A DNA stretch of 64,000 nucleotides from Candidatus Marinacidobacterium sp. GTDB taxonomy: Bacteria; Acidobacteriota; Vicinamibacteria; Marinacidobacterales; Marinacidobacteraceae. The notes beneath the pieces are model-generated. The model worked only from the letters and a program-made list of their open reading frames with translations. It was not told the origin of the DNA and did no database searches. This document shows, in pieces, positions 50,083 to 62,600 of this stretch (position 1 is the first letter of the stretch; every line of letters begins with the position of its first letter). Both the position numbers and the translations under genes were made by a program. The stretch spans positions 1,600,001 to 1,664,000 of the forward strand of contig OZ244852.1 in the NCBI GenBank assembly GCA_965220965.1. The letters are read 5' to 3'.

Positions 50083-51193
50083 TCCGGTCGAGTTCCGTCC
50101 GGAGCCGGTCGAGGATCCGGTCGTAGGGGTAGGCGCCCAGCGCCTCCGGCCCCCGCTTCAGGTTCACGAACGCCGGGCCGCACCACAGCCCCAGGTCGGC
50201 GTCGTCGGTCTCGCCCGGGCCATTCACCCGGCATCCCATGACCGCGATCGTGATCGCGTGGCGTTCGGCGTAGCGGGTGATCTCGCGCACGTCCTCCGCC
50301 AGCTCGATGAACTTCTCGTTCTCGACCCGGGAACACGACGGGCAGGAGATGATGTTGAGACGGTCCTTCGGGAACTCGGGCACTGACCGGAACCGGCCGT
50401 TTTCGATGTCCCGGAGGATCTCGTGGCCGGCGGTCACCTCCTCGGGCTTGCGGTCGTTGGGGAGCGTCAGCGAGACCCGCACCGTGTCCCCGATCCCCCG
50501 GCTGACGAGCTGTTCGAAGGCGATCCGGGTCTTGATGACCCCCTCCGGCGGAAGGCCCGCCTCCGTCACGCCGAGGTGAAGCGGGACCTGGGGGAGATCC
50601 TCGGCGAACCGGCGGTTCCCCTCGATGACCTGCGCCGGGTCGGAGTCCTTGAGCGAGACGACGAACCGGGTGAACCCGATCCGCTCGAGCATCTCGCAGT
50701 GCTCGGCGGCGGAGGCCACCATCGCCCCCACCGGATCGTCCCGGAAGCGGTCGCCGTGGGCGGGGTCCATCGACCCGCAGTTCACTCCGATCCGGATCGC
50801 GCAGTCGTGCTCGCCGGCGACATCGGCGAGGTACGCCACCTTGTCGGCCACCGGACGCGAGGTCTCGTGATGCCAGAGGTGGCCCGGGTTATAGCGGACC
50901 TTGTCCACATGGGGAGCGACCAGCTCCGCGAGCCGGTAGCTCTCCTGGAGGTCCACCGAGAGGTTCGCGGAGGTCCGCTTCCGGATCTCGGCGAGCGCGG
51001 CGGCCTCCTTGCGGCTGTCCACCGCGACCCGGACGATCCCCGCCCCGGCTTCCCGCAGCGCTTCGGCCTGGGCGGCGGTCGCCTCCACGTCCCGGGTGGG
51101 CGTCGCGCACATGCTCTGGACGACGATGGGATGCCCTCCGCCGACGATGACGCCGCCCACGCGCACCGACCGGGTGGGGTTCCGCACGACCAC
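50054..51193 (-). CDS. ispG: (E)-4-hydroxy-3-methylbut-2-enyl-diphosphate synthase
   Basis: [58 protein letters not shown]; GTG start 51193. Confidence 0.95.
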   Translation of the reverse strand: MVVRNPTRSVRVGGVIVGGGHPIVVQSMCATPTRDVEATAAQAEALREAGAGIVRVAVDSRKEAAALAEIRKRTSANLSVDLQESYRLAELVAPHVDKVRYNPGHLWHHETSRPVADKVAYLADVAGEHDCAIRIGVNCGSMDPAHGDRFRDDPVGAMVASAAEHCEMLERIGFTRFVVSLKDSDPAQVIEGNRRFAEDLPQVPLHLGVTEAGLPPEGVIKTRIAFEQLVSRGIGDTVRVSLTLPNDRKPEEVTAGHEILRDIENGRFRSVPEFPKDRLNIISCPSCSRVENEKFIELAEDVREITRYAERHAITIAVMGCRVNGPGETDDADLGLWCGPAFVNLKRGPEALGAYPYDRILDRLRTELDRIIETRSSPD

Positions 51194-51358
51194 ACCGAAA
51201 GCGTAACCGGGAGGCGCCCATTCCCTCGCAGTGACGCCGCTGCCCGGTACGGCCCACGAGTCGCCGTTAATCAGCCGACTCGATCTCGTCCTCCGGGGGC
51301 GTAGCATTCCGCCTTCGGCCCGGCTCCCGAGGAGACGCGCCGCAGCCAGGAGGTCGCC

Positions 51359-52486
51359 ATGAAGTTCGAGCCGTTCGTGATGGAGCGCAGCCTGTGCCAG
51401 TGGGAGAACACCGTCCGCTGGAACATCTCGGAGAGCGGAGTCCACCCGATGACCTTCGCCGAGCTCGCCGGCGGGGTCGACCTCGGGGATCTTCTGCTCG
51501 GCTATCCGCAGACGAACGGCACGATCCCGCTCCGGGAGCGGATCGCCGGGCTCTATCCCGGCGCGGGGGCCGACCAGGTCCTCGTTACGAACGGCTGCGC
51601 CGAGGCCAACTTCCTCGCCGCGCTCACGACTCTGGAGCCCGGGGACGAAGTCGTGGCGATGCTGCCCAACTACATGCAGGTCATCGGCGCCTGCCGGTCG
51701 CTCGGCGCGCGGGTCATCCCCTTCCCGCTCCTCGAGTCGCAGGGATGGCGGCCCGATCTGGACGCGCTCGACGCCGCGGTCGGTCCCCGGACGCGGCTCA
51801 TCGCGATCTGCAATCCGAACAACCCCACCGGAGCGGTCCTCGCCGAAGCGGAAATCGACCACATCGCCGGGACGGCGAACCGGGTGGGCGCGTGGCTGCT
51901 CGCCGACGAGGTCTACCGCGGCGCCGAACTGAACGGCGTGGAGTGCCCGAGCTTCTGGGGCCGCTGCGACCGGATGCTGCTGAACGCCGGGCTGTCGAAG
52001 GCGTTCGGCCTGCCCGGGCTGCGGATCGGGTGGACGGTGACCTCGGCCTCCAAGGCGGCCGAACTCTGGGGCCACCGCGACTACAACACGCTCGCGGTCA
52101 GCGGGATCTCGGACCGTCTGGCGCAGGTCGCGCTCGACCGGCGACCGGAGATCCTCGAGCGCACCCGCGGCATCCTGCGCCGGCAGTTGCCGCTGGTCGA
52201 GGACTGGGTGGCCTCCCACCGGGACCATCCGGTGAGCCTGTCGTGGACCCCTCCCGAGGCGACCGCGATCGCCGCGGTCCGCTACGACCACCCCATCGGT
52301 TCCGACGAACTCCAGGAGCGGCTGCGGGTCGAGAAGGACCTCCTCGTGGTCCCGGCCTCCCACTTCGAGATGGAGGGCTTCCTGCGGATCGGCTACGGCG
52401 CAGAGCCGGAAGTGCTGACGAAGAGCCTCTCGCTGATCAGCGAGATGCTGGCCGAGGTGGCGCGGGAGACCGCGGTCGCAGCGTAG
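51359..52486 (+). CDS. PLP-dependent aminotransferase class I/II
   Basis: [27 protein letters not shown]; AGGAGG RBS. Confidence 0.93.
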   Translation: MKFEPFVMERSLCQWENTVRWNISESGVHPMTFAELAGGVDLGDLLLGYPQTNGTIPLRERIAGLYPGAGADQVLVTNGCAEANFLAALTTLEPGDEVVAMLPNYMQVIGACRSLGARVIPFPLLESQGWRPDLDALDAAVGPRTRLIAICNPNNPTGAVLAEAEIDHIAGTANRVGAWLLADEVYRGAELNGVECPSFWGRCDRMLLNAGLSKAFGLPGLRIGWTVTSASKAAELWGHRDYNTLAVSGISDRLAQVALDRRPEILERTRGILRRQLPLVEDWVASHRDHPVSLSWTPPEATAIAAVRYDHPIGSDELQERLRVEKDLLVVPASHFEMEGFLRIGYGAEPEVLTKSLSLISEMLAEVARETAVAA

Positions 52487-52544
52487 AGCGGCGGCTGTTA
52501 TCGGGCGCGGCGATCGCGCCTCCGCCGGGTGGGCCGGAGTTCGC

Positions 52545-53855
<1,311 letters not shown>

Positions 53856-53930
53856 GGTGTAATTCTACCGGCCGCCACACCGAATCCGATCCGGCAAGGC
53901 CGGACCGGCGCGTGACTCTGGCGGGCGCGC

Positions 53931-55097
53931 ATGACAAACACAAGCCGGGCGAAGACCTGCGAGGTCGCGATCGTCGGCGGGGGCGTGATGGGCGCCTCGA
54001 TCGCCGCCCACCTCGCCGAGCGTGGCGTCGGCCGGATTGTGGTCTTCGAGCGCGAGGAGGAGCTCGGGACCGGCTCCACCGCGAAGGCGGCCGGGGGGGT
54101 GCGGCTCCAGTTCACGACCCGGGCGAACGTGGAGCTGTCGCGCTACAGCATCGAGGAGATCCGGGGGTTCGAGGAGCGCACCGGGGTCGACGCGGACTTC
54201 ACCCAGGACGGTTACCTCTTCTTCCTCGACTCGGAGGTCGACCTCGACAAGTTCACCGAGACGGCCCGGCTGCAGCGGTCCCTGGGCGCCCCGGTGGAGG
54301 TGATCCCGGTCGAGGACGCGGCGCGCATCCTGCCGGGGATCCGCACCGACGACCTGGTGGGAGCGACGTTTTGCGCCGAGGACGGCGTCGCCACCCCGGC
54401 GGCGCTGGTCGCCGGGTATGCCGCGCTCGCCCGCCGAGGCGGCGTGGAGCTCCGGAAGGGGGCGGAAGTGACCGAGGCCGAGCCGCTCGCCACTGGCGGG
54501 TTCCGCTTCACCGCCGGCGGGGAGGCGTGGGAGGCGCCGTGGCTGGTGAACGCCGCCGGACCGTGGGCGCGGAGCGTCGGCGCGCTTCTGGGCGTCGATG
54601 TGCCGGTGGACCCGGTGCGAAGGCAGTTCTTCACGACGGAGCCGGTCGACTTCCTTCCCGAACGGATGCCGCTGGCGATCGACTGGGGCACGGGGGTCTA
54701 CCTCCACAGGCACAGCGGCGGCGTGCTCTCCGGGGCGGCGGACCCCGACGAGCCGCCGGGGTTCTCGCAGACCCCCGACCTGGATTTCCTCGGGCGCGTC
54801 TGGGAGCAGGGGGCGAGGCGGTTCCCGCCGCTCGGCCAGGCCGAACTGAAGACGCTGAACGCCGGGCTCTACGCCATTTCCCCGGACCACAACGCCATCC
54901 TCGGACCGGTTCCGGACCGCCCCGGGTTCCTGCTCGCCTGCGGCTTCTCCGGGCACGGGATGCAGCACGCCCCGGCGGTGGGCCGAGCCCTCGCGGAGAC
55001 CGTCGCGGACGGCGCGTCGCGCACCCTCGACATCTCGGCCTTCGCCATCGCCCGCTTCGGCCAGGACGCCCCCGAGCCCGAGGCCCGGGTGATCTGA
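53931..55097 (+). CDS. FAD-dependent oxidoreductase (DAO/sarcosine oxidase beta-like)
   Basis: IVGGGVMG, GST.KAAGG.R.QF, NAAGPWA, SPDH..ILG, GFSGHG. Confidence 0.9.
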   Translation: MTNTSRAKTCEVAIVGGGVMGASIAAHLAERGVGRIVVFEREEELGTGSTAKAAGGVRLQFTTRANVELSRYSIEEIRGFEERTGVDADFTQDGYLFFLDSEVDLDKFTETARLQRSLGAPVEVIPVEDAARILPGIRTDDLVGATFCAEDGVATPAALVAGYAALARRGGVELRKGAEVTEAEPLATGGFRFTAGGEAWEAPWLVNAAGPWARSVGALLGVDVPVDPVRRQFFTTEPVDFLPERMPLAIDWGTGVYLHRHSGGVLSGAADPDEPPGFSQTPDLDFLGRVWEQGARRFPPLGQAELKTLNAGLYAISPDHNAILGPVPDRPGFLLACGFSGHGMQHAPAVGRALAETVADGASRTLDISAFAIARFGQDAPEPEARVI

Positions 55098-55107
55098 CGC
55101 CTCAGCA

Positions 55108-55140
55108 CGACAAACACCCGACGCCGTGGCGCGCGGGTCC
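55108..55140 (-). terminator. Possible terminator downstream of tRNA-Val
   Basis: Minus-strand hairpin ACCCG-CGCGCCACGGCG-TCGGGT followed by GTTTGT; lies between the convergent oxidoreductase and tRNA. Confidence 0.35.
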
Positions 55141-55150
55141 CGCTGGGAGC

Positions 55151-55225
55151 TGGTGCGCGGTACAGGGATCGAACCTGTGACAGCCTGCGTGTAAGGCAGG
55201 CGCTCTACCGCTGAGCTAACCGCGC
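55151..55225 (-). tRNA. tRNA-Val (anticodon TAC)
   Basis: Minus strand GCGCGGTTAGCTCAGCGGTAGAGCGCCTGCCTTACACGCAGGCTGTCACAGGTTCGATCCCTGTACCGCGCACCA folds as a cloverleaf with a TTCGA T-loop and encoded CCA. Confidence 0.96.
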
Positions 55226-55335
55226 GCCCCCCGGATTCTCGCAGGGAGGGTTGCGCCGGGACGGCCCTCACCGGCTGGCCGGACTCTCCCCCGGCGCCCC
55301 GGAACCGAACCCTCCCGGGCTTCGTATTACCCGCC

Positions 55336-56487
55336 ATGAATCGAGCAAGGCCGCGCAAGCGGCTCGCAGTGTGGGTCGTCGGGGTCCTCGCCCTGACGGT
55401 GGCGGTGGTCCTGGCGGTCGGGATGACCTCGCGGTCGGCGAACGCGCCCGAGGCGCAGGCCACGACCGGTGAGACCGCCGCCGAACCGTCCGCGACGCCG
55501 GTGAGCGTCGCGGCGGCGCGGCGGGGACCGGTGGCGGTCCATCTGGCCACGACCTCGGCGGTCGAGGCCGAGCGGACCGCGAAGGTGCTATCCCGCACCT
55601 CGGGCGTCCTGACGGGCGTTCTGGTGCGGGAGGGCGACACGGTCGCCGCCGGCCAGGTGCTCGCCCGGGTGGACCCGAGGGAACGCGAGCTGGCGCTCGA
55701 ACAGGCCGAGCTGCGCCTCGCGCGGGCCGAAGCCGAACTCACGCGGCAGACCCGCGCCTTCGAGGCCGAACTCGTCTCCGAGTACGACTACGACAAGGCC
55801 CAGTTCGACCGCGACCTCGCCGCCTCGGAGCGGGAGACCGCGCGCCTGGAGCTGGAGCACACCACGATCCGCGCCCCGTTCGCCGGGACGGTCACCGAGC
55901 TGCTTCTGGTCGCCGGCGCCCACCTGGACCCGGCCCAGCACCTGCTGACGCTCGCCGACTTCAGCACGCTCATCGCACGGGTCCACGTCCCCGAACGCGA
56001 TGTGGCGGGGCTGGCGCCCGGGCAGTCCGCGGTCGTGCGCCCCGAGTCCAGCGCGGGAACCGGGCTCTCCGGACGCATCCGGGAGATCAGCCCGGTGGTG
56101 GACGCGGCGACCGGGACGGTGAAGGTCACGGTGTCGCTTCCCGGCCCCGGACGCGCCGGACCCGACGGCGTCGCCGTCCGGCCGGGGTCGTTCGCCCGGG
56201 TGATCATCGAGACCGGACGGCGCGATGACGCGATCCTCGCCCCGAAGCGGGCGGTGGTCCAGGCCGATGGCGCCGCGCACGTCTTCGTCGTCGAGGACGG
56301 CCGGGCGGTGCGCCACGCGGTGGCGCTCGGGGTGGAGACGCAGGGTCCGGAGGGCGCGCTCGTGGAGCTCCGGAACGCCGACGGCGAGGGGATCCTCCCG
56401 GGGACCCTGCTCGTGGTGGCCGGGATGGGCTCGCTGAACCAGGGCGATCCGGTCGAGGTTCTCGACCCGGCCCGCTCCGCCGGCTGA
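55336..56487 (+). CDS. RND efflux periplasmic adaptor (MFP)
   Basis: N-terminal TM; V.EGD.V.AGQVLA, IRAPFAG.V, ISPVVD..TGT, RPGSFA. Confidence 0.93.
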   Translation: MNRARPRKRLAVWVVGVLALTVAVVLAVGMTSRSANAPEAQATTGETAAEPSATPVSVAAARRGPVAVHLATTSAVEAERTAKVLSRTSGVLTGVLVREGDTVAAGQVLARVDPRERELALEQAELRLARAEAELTRQTRAFEAELVSEYDYDKAQFDRDLAASERETARLELEHTTIRAPFAGTVTELLLVAGAHLDPAQHLLTLADFSTLIARVHVPERDVAGLAPGQSAVVRPESSAGTGLSGRIREISPVVDAATGTVKVTVSLPGPGRAGPDGVAVRPGSFARVIIETGRRDDAILAPKRAVVQADGAAHVFVVEDGRAVRHAVALGVETQGPEGALVELRNADGEGILPGTLLVVAGMGSLNQGDPVEVLDPARSAG

Positions 56488-56554
56488 TCCGCCCCTAAAC
56501 CATGCCGCAGCGTCGGATGCCCGGCCCGAAGTACGCCCTCCGCGAGGTTTCGTC

Positions 56555-59500
56555 ATGAAGAGCTGGATCGCCGGCTGCATCCGCCGTCCGGTGAGCGTTT
56601 CGATGTTCACGGTGGCGGCCTGCGTCTTCGGAGTCGTGGCGCTGTCCCGGCTCCCCGTGAATCTCCTCCCGGAGATCTCCTACCCGACGCTCACCGTCGA
56701 GACCCGGATGCCGGGGGCCGCGCCGATCGAGGTCGAGACGCTGGTCACCCGTCCGATCGAGGAGTCCGCCTCGGTCACCCCCGGACTCCGGCGGGTGACC
56801 TCCCGCTCGCGCGCCGGCGTCTCCGAGGTCACCCTCGAGTTCGTCTGGGACACGAACATGGACTTCGCCGGACTCGATGTCCGGGAGAAGGTGGACTCGG
56901 TGATCCTGCCGGAGGACGCGGAGCGACCCCGCGTGCTCCGCTTCGATCCCTCGACCGACGCGATCCTCCGCCTCGGGGTCTCGGGCGAACTCCCGCTCTC
57001 CGAGTTGCGGGAGTGGACCGAAGAGGACCTGAAGAAGGACCTCGATTCGGTGGAGGGGGTGGCCGCGGTCCGGATCGAGGGCGGTCTCGTCCGCGAGATC
57101 CAGGTCGATGTCGACCAGGGCCGCCTCGCCGCCTACGGCATCCGCGTGAGCGACGTCTCGGCGGCGCTCGCCGCGGCCAACGTGAACGTCGCCGGCGGCA
57201 GCGTCTACGAGGACGAGGCGCGCTACCTGGTCCGGACGCTGAACGAACTGGACACCCTCGACCGGATCGGCGCGGTGATCCTCAAGGACACCGGCGGCCG
57301 CCGGGTCCGCGTCCGCGACGTGGCGGAGGTGCGCGCCGGGTTCCAGGAGCAGGAGGTGATCCTGCGGAACGGCGGCGACGAGGGCGTCGAGGTCCGCATC
57401 TTCAAGGAAGGGGACGCCAACACCGTCCAGGTGGCGGAGGCGGTGCGGGAACGCCTCGAAGCGGTCGAGGAGGAGACGCCCGAGGGCGTCTCGCTGGCCG
57501 TCCTCTTCGACCAGTCCCGGTTCATCGAGGAGGCGATCTCGGAGGTCGTCACGAACGCCTGGCAGGGCGGCCTGCTCGCCATCCTGGTCATCGGGCTGTT
57601 CCTGCGCGACCGGAGAGCCACCAGCGTGGTCGCGCTGGCGATCCCGGTCTCGGTGATCGCGACCTTCTTCGTGATGGGGCAGATGGGGCTGTCGCTCAAC
57701 ATCATGTCGCTCGGCGGGCTCGCGCTCGGGGTGGGCATGCTGCTCGACGACTCGATCGTCGTGCTCGAGGCGATCCACCGCCGGAGGGCCGCCGGGGAAG
57801 AGCCCACCGGCGCCGCGGTCGCCGGGACCGCCGAAGTCGCCGCGCCGGTCATCGCCTCGACCCTCACCACGGTCGCGGTCTTCCTCCCCATCGTCTTCGT
57901 CGAGGGCGTCGCCGGGCAGCTCTTCCGCGACCAGGCGCTCACCGTCTCGATCTCGATCCTCGCCTCGCTCGGGTTCTCGCTGGCGCTCATCCCGGTTCTC
58001 GCGGCGCGCGGAGGCGGCGCCCCCGCTTCCCCGGCCGCCGACGGCAGGCCGGGGTTCGGCGTCCGGTTGCTGCGGGGCGGACGGAGCGGCTTCCGCGCTC
58101 TCGGACGGGCGGTCGCCTTCCCGTTCCGTCCGCTGTTTTCGGGCTTCACCGCGGCGGAGAACGCGCTGGCGCGCGCCTACCCCCCGGTGGTCCGCGGCGC
58201 GCTGCGGCATCCGGCCCTCGTGTTCCTGCTGGCCACCGGACTGCTGGGCGGCACGGCGTTCCTCGGCTGGCGCGCCGTCGGCGTCGAGCTGATCCCCCAG
58301 CTTTCCCAGGGCGAGTTCCATTTCGACATCCACCTGCCCGAGGGGTCCGCGGTGACCGCGACCGACCGGGTGGCCGCCGAGGTGGCGGAAGCCGCCGAAG
58401 CCCGCTCCGGCGTTCTGCGCGTGACGACCGAAGCCGGCGCCGTCTCCGGAGGAGGGCTCGGCGGAGGCTCGGGCCGCGCCGAACACCGCGGCCGGATCTC
58501 GGTCGCCATGGAGGCGCGCGACGACGCAGGCGCCGAGGCGGCGGTCATCGAGGCGGTCCGGAACGAACTCGCCGCGCGACCCGGCCTGCGCTACGAGTTC
58601 GGACGACCCTCCTACCTCAGCTTCCGCCAGCCGGTGGAAGTCGAGGTCTATTCGGAGGACCCCGATCTTCTGGAACCTGGCGCCCGGCGGGTCCGGGACG
58701 CGGTCGCCGCGGTCTCCGGCCTCGCCGATGTCCGCTCGACCGCCGAGGCCGGGAGCCCCGAGATCCGGGTGCGCTTCGCGCCCGACCGGCTGGCGGCGAT
58801 GGGCCTTTCGGTGGATCAGGCCTCGGGGGCGCTCCGCGCCCGGCTCCGGGGCGAGGTCGCCACCCGCCTCGATGAAGGGAACCGCCGGATCGAGGTCGTG
58901 GTCCGCGGAGAGGACGACCTGCGTTCCCGGGCGGCTGCGGTTCCCGAGCTGATCGTCCATGCCGAGGACGCCCGGCCGGTGCCGCTGCGGGCGCTCGGGG
59001 AAGCCGAAGTGGGACGCGGCCCCGCCGAACTCCGGCGGGTCGGGCAGCGCCCGGCGGTCGTGATCTCGGGCAACCTCGAAGGGACGGATCTCGGGACCGC
59101 CACCGAGGCGATCACCGAGCGGGTCGCGGGGCTCGGCCTTCCCCAGGGGGTGAGCACCCGGTTCGGCGGCCAGCGCGCCGAGATGGAGCGGTCTTTCGCC
59201 AGCCTCGCGCTCGCCATCGGGCTCGCGATCTTCCTCGTCTACTTCGTGATGGCCAGCCAGTTCGAGTCGCTGCTCCACCCGTTCCTCATCCTGTTCACGA
59301 TCCCGCTGGGGGCGATCGGGGTGATCTGGGCGCTGCTCCTGACCGGCTCGAACCTGAGCGTGATCGTTCTCATCGGGGTCGTGATGCTCGCCGGGATCGT
59401 GGTCAAGAACGCCATCGTGCTGGTCGACTGCATCAACCGCCTGCGGCGGGAGGGGATGGAGAAGACCGAGGCGATCGTGGCCGCCGGACGCATCCGGCTT

Positions 59501-59695
59501 CGCCCGATCCTGATGACGACGCTGACCACGATCCTTGGACTCACCCCGATGGCGCTCGGCCTCGGCGAGGGCGCGGAGATCCGCGGACCGATGGCGGTCA
59601 CCGTCATCGGCGGCCTGCTGGTCTCCACCCTGCTGACGCTGGTGGTGATCCCCACCGCCTACCAGGTCTTCGACCGCAAGCGGTTCGTCCGGTGA
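56555..59695 (+). CDS. RND efflux permease (AcrB/AcrD/AcrF family), subunit 1
   Basis: LPV.LLPEI.YP, GMLLDDSIVVLE, SQFESL.HP, GIVVKNAIV, RLRPILMT. Confidence 0.95.
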   Translation: MKSWIAGCIRRPVSVSMFTVAACVFGVVALSRLPVNLLPEISYPTLTVETRMPGAAPIEVETLVTRPIEESASVTPGLRRVTSRSRAGVSEVTLEFVWDTNMDFAGLDVREKVDSVILPEDAERPRVLRFDPSTDAILRLGVSGELPLSELREWTEEDLKKDLDSVEGVAAVRIEGGLVREIQVDVDQGRLAAYGIRVSDVSAALAAANVNVAGGSVYEDEARYLVRTLNELDTLDRIGAVILKDTGGRRVRVRDVAEVRAGFQEQEVILRNGGDEGVEVRIFKEGDANTVQVAEAVRERLEAVEEETPEGVSLAVLFDQSRFIEEAISEVVTNAWQGGLLAILVIGLFLRDRRATSVVALAIPVSVIATFFVMGQMGLSLNIMSLGGLALGVGMLLDDSIVVLEAIHRRRAAGEEPTGAAVAGTAEVAAPVIASTLTTVAVFLPIVFVEGVAGQLFRDQALTVSISILASLGFSLALIPVLAARGGGAPASPAADGRPGFGVRLLRGGRSGFRALGRAVAFPFRPLFSGFTAAENALARAYPPVVRGALRHPALVFLLATGLLGGTAFLGWRAVGVELIPQLSQGEFHFDIHLPEGSAVTATDRVAAEVAEAAEARSGVLRVTTEAGAVSGGGLGGGSGRAEHRGRISVAMEARDDAGAEAAVIEAVRNELAARPGLRYEFGRPSYLSFRQPVEVEVYSEDPDLLEPGARRVRDAVAAVSGLADVRSTAEAGSPEIRVRFAPDRLAAMGLSVDQASGALRARLRGEVATRLDEGNRRIEVVVRGEDDLRSRAAAVPELIVHAEDARPVPLRALGEAEVGRGPAELRRVGQRPAVVISGNLEGTDLGTATEAITERVAGLGLPQGVSTRFGGQRAEMERSFASLALAIGLAIFLVYFVMASQFESLLHPFLILFTIPLGAIGVIWALLLTGSNLSVIVLIGVVMLAGIVVKNAIVLVDCINRLRREGMEKTEAIVAAGRIRLRPILMTTLTTILGLTPMALGLGEGAEIRGPMAVTVIGGLLVSTLLTLVVIPTAYQVFDRKRFVR

Positions 59696-62600
59696 GCCTT
59701 CCCCGCCTCGCGGTCAACCGGCCGGTCACGACCGCGATGGTGCTGCTCAGCACGCTGGTGCTGGGCGCGATCTCGCTGAACCGGATCCCGCTGGCGTTCC
59801 TGCCCGAGGTCGACTTCCCCGGGGTCTTCGTCACCGTTCCCTACCAGAACGCGAGCCCCAGCCAGATCGAGCGCGAGATCGTCCAGCCACTCGAAGAGGC
59901 GCTCGCCACGATCCCCGGCGCCCGCAGGATCCGTTCGACCGCCGAGGCCGACTCGGCCAGCCTGCAGCTCGAGTTCACCTGGGGCGAGAGCGTGGATGTG
60001 GCGCGGGCCAAGGTCTTCGAGGCGGTGGAGGACGCCCGTCCCGAGCTTCCCGAGGATGTCCGCGACATCTTCGTGAACACCTTCTCCACGAACGAGATCC
60101 CGATCGTGGAGGCGCGCATTTCGGCGCCCGGGCTCGACCTGTCGGCGAACTACGAGCGGCTCGACCGGCGGATCGCGGACCCGATCCGGCGGATCCCCGG
60201 CGTCGCGCGGGTGGACCTGAACGGGGTCGAGCCCCGCGAAGTGCGGATCAATCTCCGCGCCGACCGGATCGCCGCGCACCGGGTGGACCTCGGCCAGGTC
60301 GCCGACCGCGTCCAGAACATGAACCGGAACCTCTCGCTGGGCCGGATCCGCGCCGAGGGCGAAGTCACCCCGGTGCGGGGGTTCGGGGCGCTTTCGGCGG
60401 TCGATGAGATCGGGTCGCTGCCGCTGAACGAGGACGGGCTGCGGATCGGCGACATCGCCGATGTCACCTGGCGGGAACCGCCCATCCCGTTCGGGCGGCG
60501 GCTGAACGACGACGCCGCGGTGGCGCTGACGGTCTTCAAGGCGGCCGAAGCGAACGCGGTGGATGTAGCGACCGCGGTCGTAGACGAGATCGAAACCGAA
60601 ATCGCCGCCGATCCGGCGCTCGCCGGGATCACCCTGTTCGTCTGGGACGACCAGGCGGCGGCGATCACCGCCGGGCTCGCCGGGATCCGCACCGAGGGGC
60701 TGCTGGGCGCGCTGCTGGCGGTCTTCGTGCTCTTCCTGTTCCTCCGCCGGGTGGACTCCACCACGATCGTGAGCCTCACGATCCCGATGTCCATCATCGC
60801 GACCGCGACGATCCTCTACTTCACCGGAAGGACCCTCAACGTCCTGTCGATGATGGGGATGATGCTCGGGATCGGGCTGCTGGTGGACGACGCCATCGTG
60901 GTCCTCGAGTCGGTCGTCCGCGAACACGCCCGGGGCCTTCCGGCGAAGGCGGCCGCCATCGTGGGGAGCCGCGCGGTGTCCGGCGCGGTGATCGCCTCCA
61001 CCGTGACCACGGCGGTCGTCTTCCTGCCGACGGTGCTCGGGACGAAGAACGAGATGACGATCTGGCTCGGGGAGATCGGTCTGGCGATCTCGCTGACGAT
61101 CTTCTGCTCGCTGTTCATCTCGCTGACCCTGATCCCGCTGGTCAGTTCGCGCCTGCTGGCGCGGCGCGCGTCGGTTCCCCCCGCCTGGACCGAACGCCTG
61201 GGGGCCGCCTACCAGCGGGCGCTGCGGTTCACGCTCCGGCGGCGCTGGATCACCGCCGGGATCGCCGCGGCGTTCCTGGTCACCGCGCTCGCGCCGTTCT
61301 TCCTCGGCCTCTCGACCGCGATGTTCGCGGGGGTGAACCGGAACCGGATCTTCCTCTCCTACGAGTTCGCCGACTTCCACTACAAGGAGGACTCGGAACG
61401 CGCGGTGATCGCGGTGGAGCGCGAGATCGCGGATCTCGCCGACCGGCTCGACGTGGAGTCGGTCTACAGCTACTTCGGCGAGAACGAAGCCCAGACGGTG
61501 ATCTCGCTGGGCGCCGACCACATCAGCGACGAGGAGGGCAAGGAGCTTCGCGAGGAGATCCGCGCGGCGCTGCCGCCGCTGCCCGGCGTCCGGATCGTCT
61601 TCGGGGACGACGACCAGGAGACCGGCGGCGAGAGCCTGTTCTTCCGGGTCCGCTTCTACGGGGAGGACTCGGAGCGCTTCCCGGAGCTTCTCGCCCGGGC
61701 GGAAGACCGGCTGGAAGCCATCGACGGCGTCACCGACATCCGCAGCCAGCAGGACAACGTGCGCCGGGAAGTCGTGGTGCGGCCCCGCACCGAAGCGGCC
61801 GCGCGGGCCGGGGTGACGGCGCGCGATCTGTCCGAGATCTTCGGGTTCAGCCTCGGGGGACGCCCGCTCCGGCGCTTTCAGACGGCGGACCGGGAGACCG
61901 AAGTGCTCCTCACGATGTCGCAGCAGGACATCTCCCGGGTGGAGGACCTCCGGAGCTTCACGCTGCTGGACGACGACGGCGCGCCGATGCGGCTCGGCGA
62001 CCTCGCCGACTTCGAGATCGTGGAGCGCCCGCGGGCGATCCAGCGGGTCGACCGGCGGGTGGTGAGCACGCTGCGCGCCGCCTACGAGGGCGACGCCTGG
62101 GAATCCACCCGCGAACAAATCGAGCAGGACATGGACGCGCTCGAGCTGCCCGAGGGATTCTCGTGGTCCTTCGGCGACCGGATCGCCCAGCAGGACCGGG
62201 ATCTCCAGACGATGCTCCTGAACTACCTGCTGGCGCTCATGCTGATCTACATCGTGATGGCGGCGCAGTTCGAGTCGCTGATCCACCCGCTGGCGATCCT
62301 CATCTCGATCCCCTACGCGGTCTGGGGCGCCGCCTGGCTCCTGCTGCTCACCGACAGCCCGTTCAATCTGATGGCCCAGATCGGACTGCTGATCCTGATG
62401 GGGATCGTGGTCAAGAACGGCATCGTGCTGATCGACCACGTGAACCGGCTGCGCCGGGAGGGTATGGAGCGCACCGAAGCGCTCGTCGTCGGAGGCCGCG
62501 ACCGCCTCCGCCCGATCCTGATGACCGCCGCCGCCACCATGCTGGCGCTCGTGCCGATGGCGGTCGGACGCACCGGTCTCGACGGGCTCTACTACTTCCC

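Noticed and set aside
53931-55117. GACAAACAC repeated at the start and just after the end of the FAD oxidoreductase gene
   Set aside because: Only about 9-11 bp, one copy is coding, and there are no mobility genes; probably chance.
55098-55335. tRNA-Val as a prophage or island integration site
   Set aside because: I saw no integrase, no duplicated tRNA 3' end and no composition shift next to it.
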